Origin: Octopus sinensis | Lineage: Eukaryota | Direction: 5' to 3' | Length of the DNA: 64,000 bases | Assembly (NCBI RefSeq): GCF_006345805.1 | Contig: NC_042998.1 | Location: forward strand, 45,632,001-45,696,000 | Shown: positions 50,231-62,200 of the stretch, piece after piece | How positions within the stretch are numbered: the stretch's first letter is position 1 | Layout: each line of letters opens with the position of its first letter | Translations under genes and position numbers: made by a program | The notes under the pieces: generated by a model | Told to the model about the DNA's origin: nothing | What the model saw: the letters and a program-made list of their open reading frames with translations, nothing else | Databases searched by the model: none

Positions 50231-53200
50231 GTAAATAAAAAAAAATTCATTTTAGTAAACCTAGAATTTTAAAGAATGCTTACTATAATTTCTTTGTATT
50301 AAAAATATTGCTCCATTTTCCTAAAAGTATTTTTCTAATATTATACAACAAAACTTTTTCTTCTGTTTGGTAGGTTGTTCTGCATCGTCTTTCTTGGCAG
50401 AAGGTTTGGACTATTCCTGCTCCAGCTGATAATGTTACTGTTGGTAGTATGGCATGGCGCCCAGATGGCCGGAGTAAGTACTTCCCTATTTCAATTGGAA
50501 GCTTTTTTATTAATTACTTCTAAGACACTCGAGCTATTTATCCTAATTAGATTCCATATTTTATGAATTTCATTATTAGATCTAAGTTATGATGTTATTT
50601 TAAGCTAGTTTAATGTGGTTTTGTAATTCAAAACTCATTCTACAAGAATAGGTGATGGCATGGCTGTATGGTTAAGATCGTTTAGTCCTACTCTATGCTA
50701 CCTTGGGAAAGTGTCTTGTATTATACCTATTTCTTTATTACCCACATGGGGCTAAACATAGAGGGGACAAACAACGACAGAGATAGGTATTAAGTCGATT
50801 ACATTCACCCCAGTGCGTAACTGGTACTTAATTTAACGACCCCGGAAGGATGAAAGGCAAAGTCGACCTCGGTGGAATTTGAACTCAGAACGTAACGGCA
50901 GATGAAATACGGCTATGCATTTCGCCCGGCGTGCTAACGTTTCTGCCAGCTCGCTGCCTATTATATATACCCCTGGAGTTACCAATGCCTAGTGAGTGAA
51001 TCTGATCAACAGAAACAAAGAAGCCTGATGTGTGTGTCTTTGTGTCTGTCCCCACTCCTATCTCTTGACAACTGGCGTCGGTTTGTTTATGTTCTTGTAA
51101 CTTGGAAGTTCTGCAAAAGTAACTGATAGAATAAGTACCAGACTTTAAAAAAATAAATACCAGCAGTTGATTCATTTGACTAAATCTTCAAAGTAGTGCT
51201 CCAGCATGGCTGCAATCCAATAACTGAAACAAGTAAAAGATAAAAGATAAACTAAATCCTATCAATAATCAGTATAGATTATAACCCTGTATGGTGTTTC
51301 CTGTATATTACAGTATTGGCTGTTGGTTACACTCACGGCAAAGTATGTCTTTGTCATATTGAGAATGCTGATGTGCTACATGAAGTTAATATCCATGAAG
51401 AAGTGACAAGTATGAGTTGGGTTTCTCAAGTTTTCCCAGACGGCAGTTCTTGGTCTCCTCGTGCTTATCCAGAGGATACTTCAGATCATTACCTACCAAA
51501 ATTAGAACCTCTTAATAAAAGGTAAGCTTTTTAATACAGAGATGTTATTTATTCCTTTTGGTACTGACCCACCTGAGACCACCCTTGGTTTGGTGATAGA
51601 AATCTGTTTTAATCTAAATTAAAATCTTTTGATAGAATTTTTTGTTAATTTACGTTCCAAACTTTATTCATAATCGTCGTTTAACGTCCGCTTTCCATGC
51701 TAGCATAGGTTGGACGGTTCAACTGGGGTCTGGGAAGCCAGAGGCTGCACCAGGCCCAGTCTGATCTGGCAATGTTTCTACAGCTGGATGTGAGTGTAAT
51801 GGGTGCTTTTTACGTGCCAGACGAGGCTGGTAACGGCCATGATCGGTTGGTGCATTTTATGTGCCACCGGCACAGATGCCAGTCGGGGTGGCGCTGGCAA
51901 CGGCCACGTTCGGATGGTTATTATTTTCAAAATTAAATGAATCAAAGGCAGTTTATCTCAATAGGAATGAAGTTAATATCGTTACTGTTGTTTAGCTGAC
52001 ATTTTAAACAATATAGAGCAATGTGTTTCAATTTTTTTCTCGGTTCACTAAGACGAAATAGTCACATATTGAAGGGGAGATTATTTGTAAGAGTTATCCA
52101 CCTTGTAATCTACATTTCTGATTACAAGAAAGATAACTCTTAACTATACTATTGATCGAGTGTAGTATCCATAAAAGAAAAAAATGGCAATTCAATTTTC
52201 TTAGTAAATTTTAATCTTTCTGGTTGATGTGTTGCTTCGTTTTCTTGTGCTTAATTTTAGTTAACCTTATTCTTTTTACTTCAAATCTATTTCTTCTTAT
52301 AATTTTTGTTGTTATGCAACATGTCTCCTCTCATCACTCTCAATGTTACCTCCAACACATTGCAACATAGAAGATTACTGTTAAATGACGACAATGTCAG
52401 CAACGGCCTACATTAGAGACTTCTGCTAAATCCTTCCTGACAAGACTGTCGCCCTCTGACACCCCTCTTTTTATCTGCGACCATTGACCTAAAAGTGTTC
52501 AAACTGAAACATCATTTATATCATTAATCTACAAAGGTCACAGAATGACACCTTCTTTGGTAACTAATTCATTAATCACAATGAGGACTAGGGAAGAAAT
52601 ATATAAATTATATGTAACTAATATAATTTCTGTTACAGTAGACATTTCTACTTGGGTTGAAGCACTCAGTATTCTTTCTTACTGGAAATTATATCTATAT
52701 GTTGTAGCCTTATATCCAATGTTATATAATTATCTCAACATATTATTACATTAACTGAGGTCTTTGGATGTCTGTTTGCAGAGAAGAAAGTGTTGAAGAT
52801 GCCAAGAAAGTTAAAAATCAAAAAGAGTAAGTACAGATTTATATAATGAAACTTTGGAACTCCCATACCAGGGCTCCACTACTGGATGCAGTTTACAGTC
52901 TTAACCTGGACATACCATATATATAGACACACACACATACATATATATACACACACACACACACATATATACATATATATAAATATATACATATATGTGT
53001 ATGCATATACATATATGTGCATATATGTATATATATTCAACATGGAATCGGCAGCGTATATTTGCTGCCGATAAATTTGGCGCGAGTACGATGATTTGAA
53101 AATTTTAGGTCAGATATTGCCGAGACAGTAGTGGTGCTGCCTCGTGTAAATATCGGTCCCATCTGGCTTACTTTACTGATGAATTTGTTGGCCTATGGAA

Positions 53201-56200
53201 GATTAGCTTGATTTAATTTAATCAGGCTGATTTACCATTAAAAAACAGATGAAACGATGCATTGTATAAAGTATTACAGGGTAAATGTTTTTTTCATTTT
53301 CTCCTGGTTTACGGAATTAATATTTTTTTTGCGGTTGAAGCCTTGGTTGCTATTTCTAGTGGGTTGAACGGCCTATTATGGCCGTTCCTAAATTTTGCTG
53401 TTGAATTTATTAATAGTCTCTGACTATTTACTTTTTTTCCCACTAGGCCGCTGGTGGCAAATAATTTCTACTGAATTTTTTGCTACCCTATATTGATAAA
53501 TATACATATATATATATATGTATGTGTAAATACATACATACACATATATATAAATATGTGTATATATATATATATATATAAAGTTAATCCAAACAAGAAA
53601 ACACAACAACGCGAGGACGTGGAACAAATATAGTATTATTGGACACTCAGGAAAGAAGGAGGGTTTAACATTTCGAGCGGAGCTCTTCGTCAGAAACATA
53701 GGAAAAGGAAAGATCCAAAGAAGGGAAGACGGAGGAAAAAAATCGTCAATGGTACACACGCGGTCGCATTTTGCACACACACACATCAATTATAAATGTC
53801 CACACAGTAAGATAAAGTATGAATGTATGTTACAAAATAAGTAGTTTTCAATAGAATTTGCTTGTTTTATGTTCCTTACTTAAAATGTTTCCATCTCAGA
53901 GTTTATAGTTTGTTTACCATTAATTGTATGTTTATTTTTAGTCATTTTTTTCATATCTGATTTTTTTTTTTCTTATTTATCCATCTATCATTTTTTTCAG
54001 ATTAAATCTACTCGTTGTTGGTTCAGCTGTTGGAAATGTCTATTTGTTTGCTTATGGTATATTTCCATGTGGATCTATAATCTTAATGCATCCTAGCATT
54101 CAGGACAAGGTATTGTCTTTCATTTAAAAAATTGTATTTGCATGTTGTATGAGTTCATTCTGCTTAATTGCATAATTTCAGTGATTGAAGTTATGCAATT
54201 AACTGAATTCATATAGTAGGCAATAAATTTATGAGATTTCAGTGTATTATCAGTAGCAAGGTATTGTGGCTATGTTACATATGTATCATCATCATCATCA
54301 CCGTCCTTTACTGTCCATTTTCCATGCTGGCATGGGTTGGACTATTTGACCAAAGCTGGCAAGCTGGAGAACTGCACCAGGTTCAAGTCTGATTTGGCTT
54401 GATTCCTCTGGCTAGATGTCCTTCCTAATGCCAACTACTTTACAATGTGTGGTATGTGCTTTTAATGTGGCACCAGCATGTGCACTTATATGTGGTACTG
54501 GTACAAGTGCTTTTAATGTGGTACCAGCACAGGACTCTTGCTGGCCAATCACCTTCACTAGAGGATGCAGCCTTAATACTTCTGTGGAGGATGGGTCTTC
54601 TTGAGTACAGCAAGGCGCCAGGTATCTTGGTCCTTTGTCTGATGAAATTAGAAAATAAGAATAAAATGCATATAAAAAGACAAAGACAATGGTTATCAGT
54701 GAGATGGAATAAATGGAAGCAAGTATAAAGGTAGATGGGCAGAAGGTTCAACGAGTGAAAAATGCTTTAAGTATTTAGGACAAATAATAAATCAGGAAGA
54801 TTGCTGTGTGGAAGTTAATAAAAGATTACCATAAATCCTCGAGTATAATCCGCATTTTTTTCCCAAAATTTAAAGGTCAAAATCCATAGTGTGTACTATA
54901 TATGAGGTTAAAAATGAAAATTATTTTCTAAGCAATGTCCGAGACTCTATTTGCTCTCTGGCAATGTTTATTCAGCCGCATTTTGTGATGTTGGGCGCGA
55001 AAATACCTTAACCCTTTCGTTACCAAACCGCCCAAAGCCGCCTGAAAAAAATTTTGGTTTATGAGACCAAAGCCGCCCGAATTTACCTATTCATATTTAA
55101 ATGAGAATATCAGAGCAAATCTCTTCAGTCCATTCGTGAAAACACGTATTATACTTCGTAAACAGTTCAACTACAGTTTTGTACAATAATCGAAGTGTAA
55201 TTTTAATTCCGTGAATTTTGGGAGATTTTTTTCCGAAATTTGTTCTTATTGTGTTTTCAAAATTTGTAATTCTGACAAAAAATGGATACGAATTTCATTA
55301 TATCAAGCAGCGAGTCAGAATTCGAAGGATTTTCTACTGAAGACCATCATAAATCTAACTCTATGACTGAAAAAAAAAAGCATGTGGTATTTGATAATGA
55401 ATCTGATGTTTCATTTTCCGAAAGTGAAAACAGTGAATCTGAGATCTCCGACAGCGATAAAGAAAACGAATTGGCACCTGAATGGAGTGAAAATTTAAAA
55501 ACTGTTTCTTTCGGTGATTTTTCTGAAGAAACTGGACCAAGCCACAGACTTTCCCAGAAGGGTAAAGCCTTAGACTATTTCTATTTACTTTTTCGAATGA
55601 GTCTATTTGAAATCATTACGGCGGAAACGAACCGTTACGCTAAACGTAAACAAAGCGAAAGAAAGGATAGTTTGTGGTTTCCCACAACCTTAAATGAAAT
55701 TAAGGCCTATTTTGCCATAAATATTATTATTATGGGTATCAGAAAGTTACCCAGAATAACAAATTCTATCGTAAAATTTTGTTGTATACCCAATTGAATA
55801 TTAGCTAATAACCCATTTTCTATAGCGATGTTTGAACAAAATTTTAATAATTTTATATTTTGTGGAATTTACCTGTATCTACCTGCAATTAGTCACTTTG
55901 TGACAAAAATTATAGTATAGAATTGGTTGAGAAAATATTTCATTAAATTATCTTCCAAAAATCAGATTAATATATCGATAAATAAAAAAGTTATAGTTGT
56001 TTAATGAAACCAGACTAAATTTATGATTACGTTAGAAATTAATTGAAACACATAAGGGGTGTAATTTGGTCAGAAATATAGTAACGAAAGGGTTAAGCTA
56101 AGCCTGAAAGCAATGAAGTCATAAAAGAATCATCCATAACTTGCAATAAGGAACATTTATTAAACATTATTACTGTTATTTCTTTATTTTCTGCAAACAA

Positions 56201-59200
56201 AATGCACAAAAAAGCTACACGTTTGCATTACGTTATATATACAATAATAATAATGGACGTTACCGTATACAGTTTTACAAACCAAGGACGTTATATAGAC
56301 CTCCTTGACTCAAGTTAGAGAAGTGGTGTGTACTATACACAAGGTTTAGGTTTTTCAGAGGTACAGCCCCCTAAAAATCCCCTGCGTATTATACTCAAGG
56401 ATTTATGGTAAATGGAAGTAAAGCTGTATTTATAAGAATGAAACGCTGTGTTTATAAGAATCAAAACACATAGCATTGCACCTACAACTGAGGCTTGTAA
56501 ACTGTTATATTATGCAAATTATCCTCTATGGAGTAGAAATTTGAACTGTGTATAGAGCAATGGAGAAGGAGATAGTTGTCTTTGAGTTGTGAATCTTTTG
56601 TAGATTGGGTAGAATAAGCTAGGAAGACAGAGTAACAATTGCTTCAGTACTAGAAGAGCAGGAAGTCCAAAGACACCTATTGTTGAGAGTTGAGTCCAAA
56701 ACAATCATATTTTGGACATATGATGTGCCACTAATTACCTAAGACTATCCTGAAGGAAGTGTGGAGAGGAAGAGAGCAAAAGGCTGTCAGAGTCGTTTGT
56801 GGGCTGATGACATAAAAAGATGGACCAGAAACAAGACCCTGACTGATTGCATGCATACAGCTTAACATAGAGGGAACTGGAGAGTCTTAGCAAGCTGAAC
56901 CCTGGGTACAGAGAGGGCACCTGGTTGATGGCTGATGAATTTACTTATGTTCATCTTATTCAGGCTATTATTTCCATTGACATGTATCACACGACACTTG
57001 TTTGACTTATTTCCTATTTGATTTTTCAATTCCCTTTGATATTCTTTAGTTATCCAAACTTAACCAGATTCATACTTAGCAGCAATGACTTTCACACACT
57101 TTAAATCACATTACTCAAGGTTCCATGCAGTGGGACTGAACCCTAGACCATAGGGTGAAGAAGCAAGCTTCTTAACCACACAGTCATGCCTGTACCTTGT
57201 CACACTTTCCAATTGTTAGGAAGGTGAAGAAGAGAGGGCGGAATGGATTGTATAGTCATAGATACAGAGTGCCCAAAAAGTTCAGCATGGTCATGGCTGA
57301 AATATCTTTGATATTCCAGCCATAGCAAATCTGACTTTCTTTTTGTGGTTAACATTCCTCTTGAACAGTTGTGTACGGACAATTGCAGAGAAAGCTTGTC
57401 TAGGGACAAGCTTTCTGGGGAGAAAGGATTAGAGGTACTTGTTGGTGTGGAAGCTTGGTGAAGTGGTGATAAGAAGAGGTAAAGAGACAAGTGAGTGGAG
57501 GTGGTATGTGTTCATCCAACTCCAAGGAGCAGAGGCCTTATGTATTTGCAGTAAAAAAGGCAGAGAGAATAGACAACAGTTTACATGTGTTGGTGAGTGA
57601 TTTAAAAAAAATCAGTCAACTGGTCCTTGTGGATGCAGTTGAGAATGTCTGTTTTTGTGTAGCAGCATCATCATTTTGCATGTGAGAGCAGTGGTACGCT
57701 ATTGTGTGTATCTCACTTGGGTTTTTTTTTTGTAGATGTCAGGGGCTGAAGTATTTTCTGACTTTGAAGAGGAAGCCAGTCTTTGTGATGCAATCTTTAT
57801 TTTGTTCAGGATATCATTCACTTGAAGAGATGTGGTGATAGTAGGATATGGCATTTATAGTGATCTTAAGGGTTTTAATTCCATGTTTGTGTTGGTGCCA
57901 CGTAAAACACACCCGTGCCGGTGGCATGTAAAAAGCATCCAGCTCACTCTGTAAAGTGGTTGGCATAGGAAAGGTATCCAACTGTAGAAAACATGCCAAA
58001 ACAGACAAGAGTGGCTGTGTGGTAAGTAGCTTGGTTACCAACCACATGGTTCTGGGTTTAGTCCCACTGCGTGGCACCTTGGCCAAGTGTCTTCTACTAT
58101 AGCCTTGTGAGTGGATTTGGTAGACGGAAACTGAAAGAAGCCCGTCGTATATATGTATATATATATGTGTGCATGTATGTTTGTGTGTCTGTGTTTGTCC
58201 CATCCAACATCGCTTGACAACCAATGCTGGTGTGTTTATGTCCCCGTCACTTAGCGGTTCGGCAAAAGAGACCGATAGAATAAGTACTAGGCTTACAAAG
58301 AATAAGTCTTGGGGTCGAGTTGATCGATTAATGGCGGTGCTCCGGCATGGCCGCAGTCAAATGACTGAAACCAGTAAAGGGGAAAAAAAAGAAGTGGAGC
58401 CTGGACAAACTATCCAACCCATGTCAGCATGGAAAAGGGACATTAGATGATGATGATGATGTTTGCATCAAGTCTAGTTCAGTAATGAATTTAAGTTGTT
58501 TTAATTTGTGCTTATTTTCCTTTTACAGAGAAGTCGAGTGAACTCTGCTATGATATCTCAAGATCTGTATACACTCTGGTTAATTCTAGAAGTTACTGAA
58601 GATGATTCTGGTGACTGTGGATATTACTTAGCCTCAGTAAGTACAATAAAGTGAATCTAAAACAGCAAGCATGTGAGTGAAATGAGGAAATAGTTGAGTG
58701 TTAGTCATCAGTGGTCAGCAAATAACAGTTTGAATATGTAGCTGGGAGTAAATAAAATACAACTTGGTTAAAAAAAATTTTTTAAATGTAATGTTTGACC
58801 CCTCTTCCACTGATTGACAGTTGTTGGTGTGTTATGTTCCCATAACTTAGTGGTTTGGCAAAAGAGACTACTAGAATAAGTGCCAGGTTTAAAAAGGAAG
58901 TAAGAATGGGGTCGATTAGGTCAATTAAACTCCCTCAATGCAGTGCCACAACATGGCCAATATTACGAGGATGCTGAAGAATATACTTAGATGGGTAATC
59001 AGAAGTGATGAAAAATAGAGCCTGTTGATTTAGAAGCATTTTCATATATTCTAATTCATTAAAAAAATCTAGAATTAAAACCACTGATAATAATCATGGC
59101 CTGTTGTGGAGAAGGTTTTGCTATCATTTCTTTCTTGCTGTTGTAGAAATTGCTTCATTGACATGAATGCAGGACACTGTTTCATAACTTAATCCTTATG

Positions 59201-62200
59201 CATGACTTACTCTTCCTTTTCTTAAAAAGTTTTTTATTTTTAATTTCAATTTAATTAAATTTTTTTTTTCAGATGGACACTACACTTCTGGCTAGCAGAC
59301 ATCAAGAACTTCGATTACTTGCACTGAAATATGCAGAACTATCTTCTCTTTTAGAAGTAAGTACATTTCTTGGCAGTGAACATGCCATATATTGGGTCAT
59401 CCCATAAATAATGCGTTTTTTTTATACTTCTTTTATTTTTCAAAATTCTCATTCATTGGACAATGAACTTTGCTTGCAAAGACCTATTGAGGCAAGTGTA
59501 AACAAACCAAAATTGCTGATGTGGCCAATGACAGTACTGTCTGATTGGCAGTCGTGCCAGTGGAATGTTAAAAGCACATCTGAGTGTGATCGTTGTTAGG
59601 GCCACGGATTGGCTCCTGTGCTGGTGACATGAAAAGCACCATTTGAGCATGATTGTTACCAGTGTTGCCTTACTGGCACATGAAAAACAACGTTCGAGCG
59701 TGGTTGTTGCCAGTGCTGCCAGACTGGCTCCTGTGCAGGTAGCACGTAAAAACATCTTTTGAGCATGAATGTGGTCGTTGCCAGAACCGCCTGGCTGCCC
59801 CTCGTGCTGGTGGCACGTAAAAACCACCCACTACACTCTCGGAGTGGTTGGCGTTAGTAAGGGCATCCAGCTGAAGAAACTTTGCCAGACCAGATTGAGC
59901 CTGGTGCAGCCTCTGGCTCACCAGTCCTCAGTCAAACCGTCCAACTCATGCCAGCAATTGTCTCCCAGATTCACTCACTACGTTTTGGTTGGCCACTTTC
60001 CCTAAGTACTATATAGTAGAACTGAACCTGAAACCACATGATTCCAAAGCAATGTTAAATAATGATGATCTTCCTTTCAGAAACAAGTGTAAAAAATCTT
60101 AAATGTTTTTGATTATTCTGAATGAATGAAACACTATCTTTTATCAATGCTGTTTGGTAACTTTTCCAGTACTTGAACTCCACAATTCAGCAGATGACAG
60201 AAGCCTGGGAAGATATTCTTATGGAAATGGATGACAAGTTGCTAAAGTTTGCTGAAGAGAAAAAGGTTAGGAACTGGTGTAATCTTAGTTATCTTCAGAT
60301 CTCTCTTTTAAAGCTACTAAATTAATATTGAATACATAAGCATTTACTGAGTTGTAGAAGAACAATGAAGATTGAACAAAAATCCAATATCTTCCAGTGA
60401 TTTAATTTCCTCTTTATATATAAGTCATTTCTATATTCTTTGTTGATAGTTGCTCCAGTTGTTATATTACACTGTGTAACGTGATTTTTGTCCTTCAGTT
60501 GCAACCATTATTTCCTATTTGCTTATTCCTGGGACGTATGAAAAATGGCTAATATTTCCTTCAAACTTTGCTTTTGTTGTGATGTTTATTCAAACCCTAA
60601 AGAATCCCTCTCAACACATGGCTATAATGCTCCCTCACTACTCCTGCTCATGATCAGAGATGCACATATCGTCAGCCACTAAGAGATATGCTCAAGTGAT
60701 TCAAGTCAAGCAACTGACAAGCAAATCTATGGTATTGAGCAGAATATTTGCTATAACAATATTTCTTATTTCTTTATTACCCACAAGGGGACAAACAAGG
60801 ACAGACAAAGCGATTAAGTCGATTACATCAACCCCAGTGCGTAACTGGTACTTAATTTATCGATCCCGAAAGGATGAAAGGTAAAGTCGACCTCGGTGGA
60901 ATTTGAACTCAGAACATAAAGATGAAATACCGCTAAGCATTTCGCCCGGCATGCTAACGTTTCTGCCAGCTTGCCACCTAAACAATATTTCTGCCTCAGC
61001 AACTCAGTGCTGAATCTGTCTGAAATGTAACGGAAAATAGGTCAGTTTCAAAACAACTTTGATGTTCAGATCACAAAAGCAAAGTTTAAAGGGGAAAATA
61101 GTAATTTCCTTTTATTTCTAGATAGAAGCAAATAGTAAATAACCCTTACTGACCAAAGATAAAATAAGAAATTAAAATTTTGTTACACAGTGTTAGTGAT
61201 ATATTTCTATATTATCTCTTGTAGTTTTAGCGTCTTAACATTTGAAATGTCTACCTTACAGCAATGTGGTAGTTCCCGACCTGCTGTCTCTGTGTCTACA
61301 GATCTCCTTGAAATGTTGCTCATGGGCAGAGCAAGGTAAATTACATTTACTAAACTGCATTTTGTTGATGTCCTATTTACTCTGATGGTGTCTTTAGACT
61401 CCTTTCTGTGCCTCAAGTGTTTTTGATTAACAAAATAATCATTCTATGTTGCAGCACTGAACTTCGTCTATTTCTTCTACATGAACTGACAGAAAAGGTA
61501 AATGAATGCATCTTTTACAATGGTAGATCTATTGTTGTTGTTTGTTCCTTCTCGAGCCACGCCTGTCTCATAAGGGCTGGTTTCCTTGGTGTATAGGTTC
61601 CCCACCTGCATGGGACGCCGGTCTGTCGCAGATGAGCTGCAAGAGTGAGAGAAAGTTGTAGCGAAAGTCAGCAGAAGTTCGCCATTACCTTCTGCCAGGG
61701 CCACGTGGAGCTTAGGTGTTTCGCTCATAAACACACACATCGCCTGGTCTGAGATTCAAAACCACGATCCCTCGACCGCGAGTCCGCTGCTCTAAACCAC
61801 TAGGTCATGTGCCTCCATGATCTATTGACAAAATATCAAAATAGAAATATTTTCTGTTAATTTCATCATCGTAGTCGTTGTTGTTGTCATTATTATCATT
61901 TTAATGCCAACTTTTCTGTGCTTGTGTAGGTCAGACAGAAATAACTGAAACAGGTTTTCTACAGTCAGTTTACCCTTACTTGTTTTCAAAGTAATATTTC
62001 CCCATAACTGGAAGTTTTCATAGAAGATTGGAAATGACACTGCTTGTATGATGGTACACTCATTTACATCTATCACACAATTCCAAGATTAGATGACATG
62101 AACATACATGCAAGCACACAAATGCGCATACACACATGCACATGCATGCACCTCTCCCCCCACAAGTATGTACAGATGTTACATACACACACACATACAC

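Larger units (their letters stand above)
54640..56940 (+). mobile_element. Old RTE LINE fragment split by nested DNA transposons
   Basis: Left part KKTKTMVIS...FKYLGQII...NKR. Right part LNGSKAVFIRMK...CYIMQIILYGVE...GHMM...WADDIKRWT...WRVL. The frame rejoins across the TA site. Confidence 0.75.
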
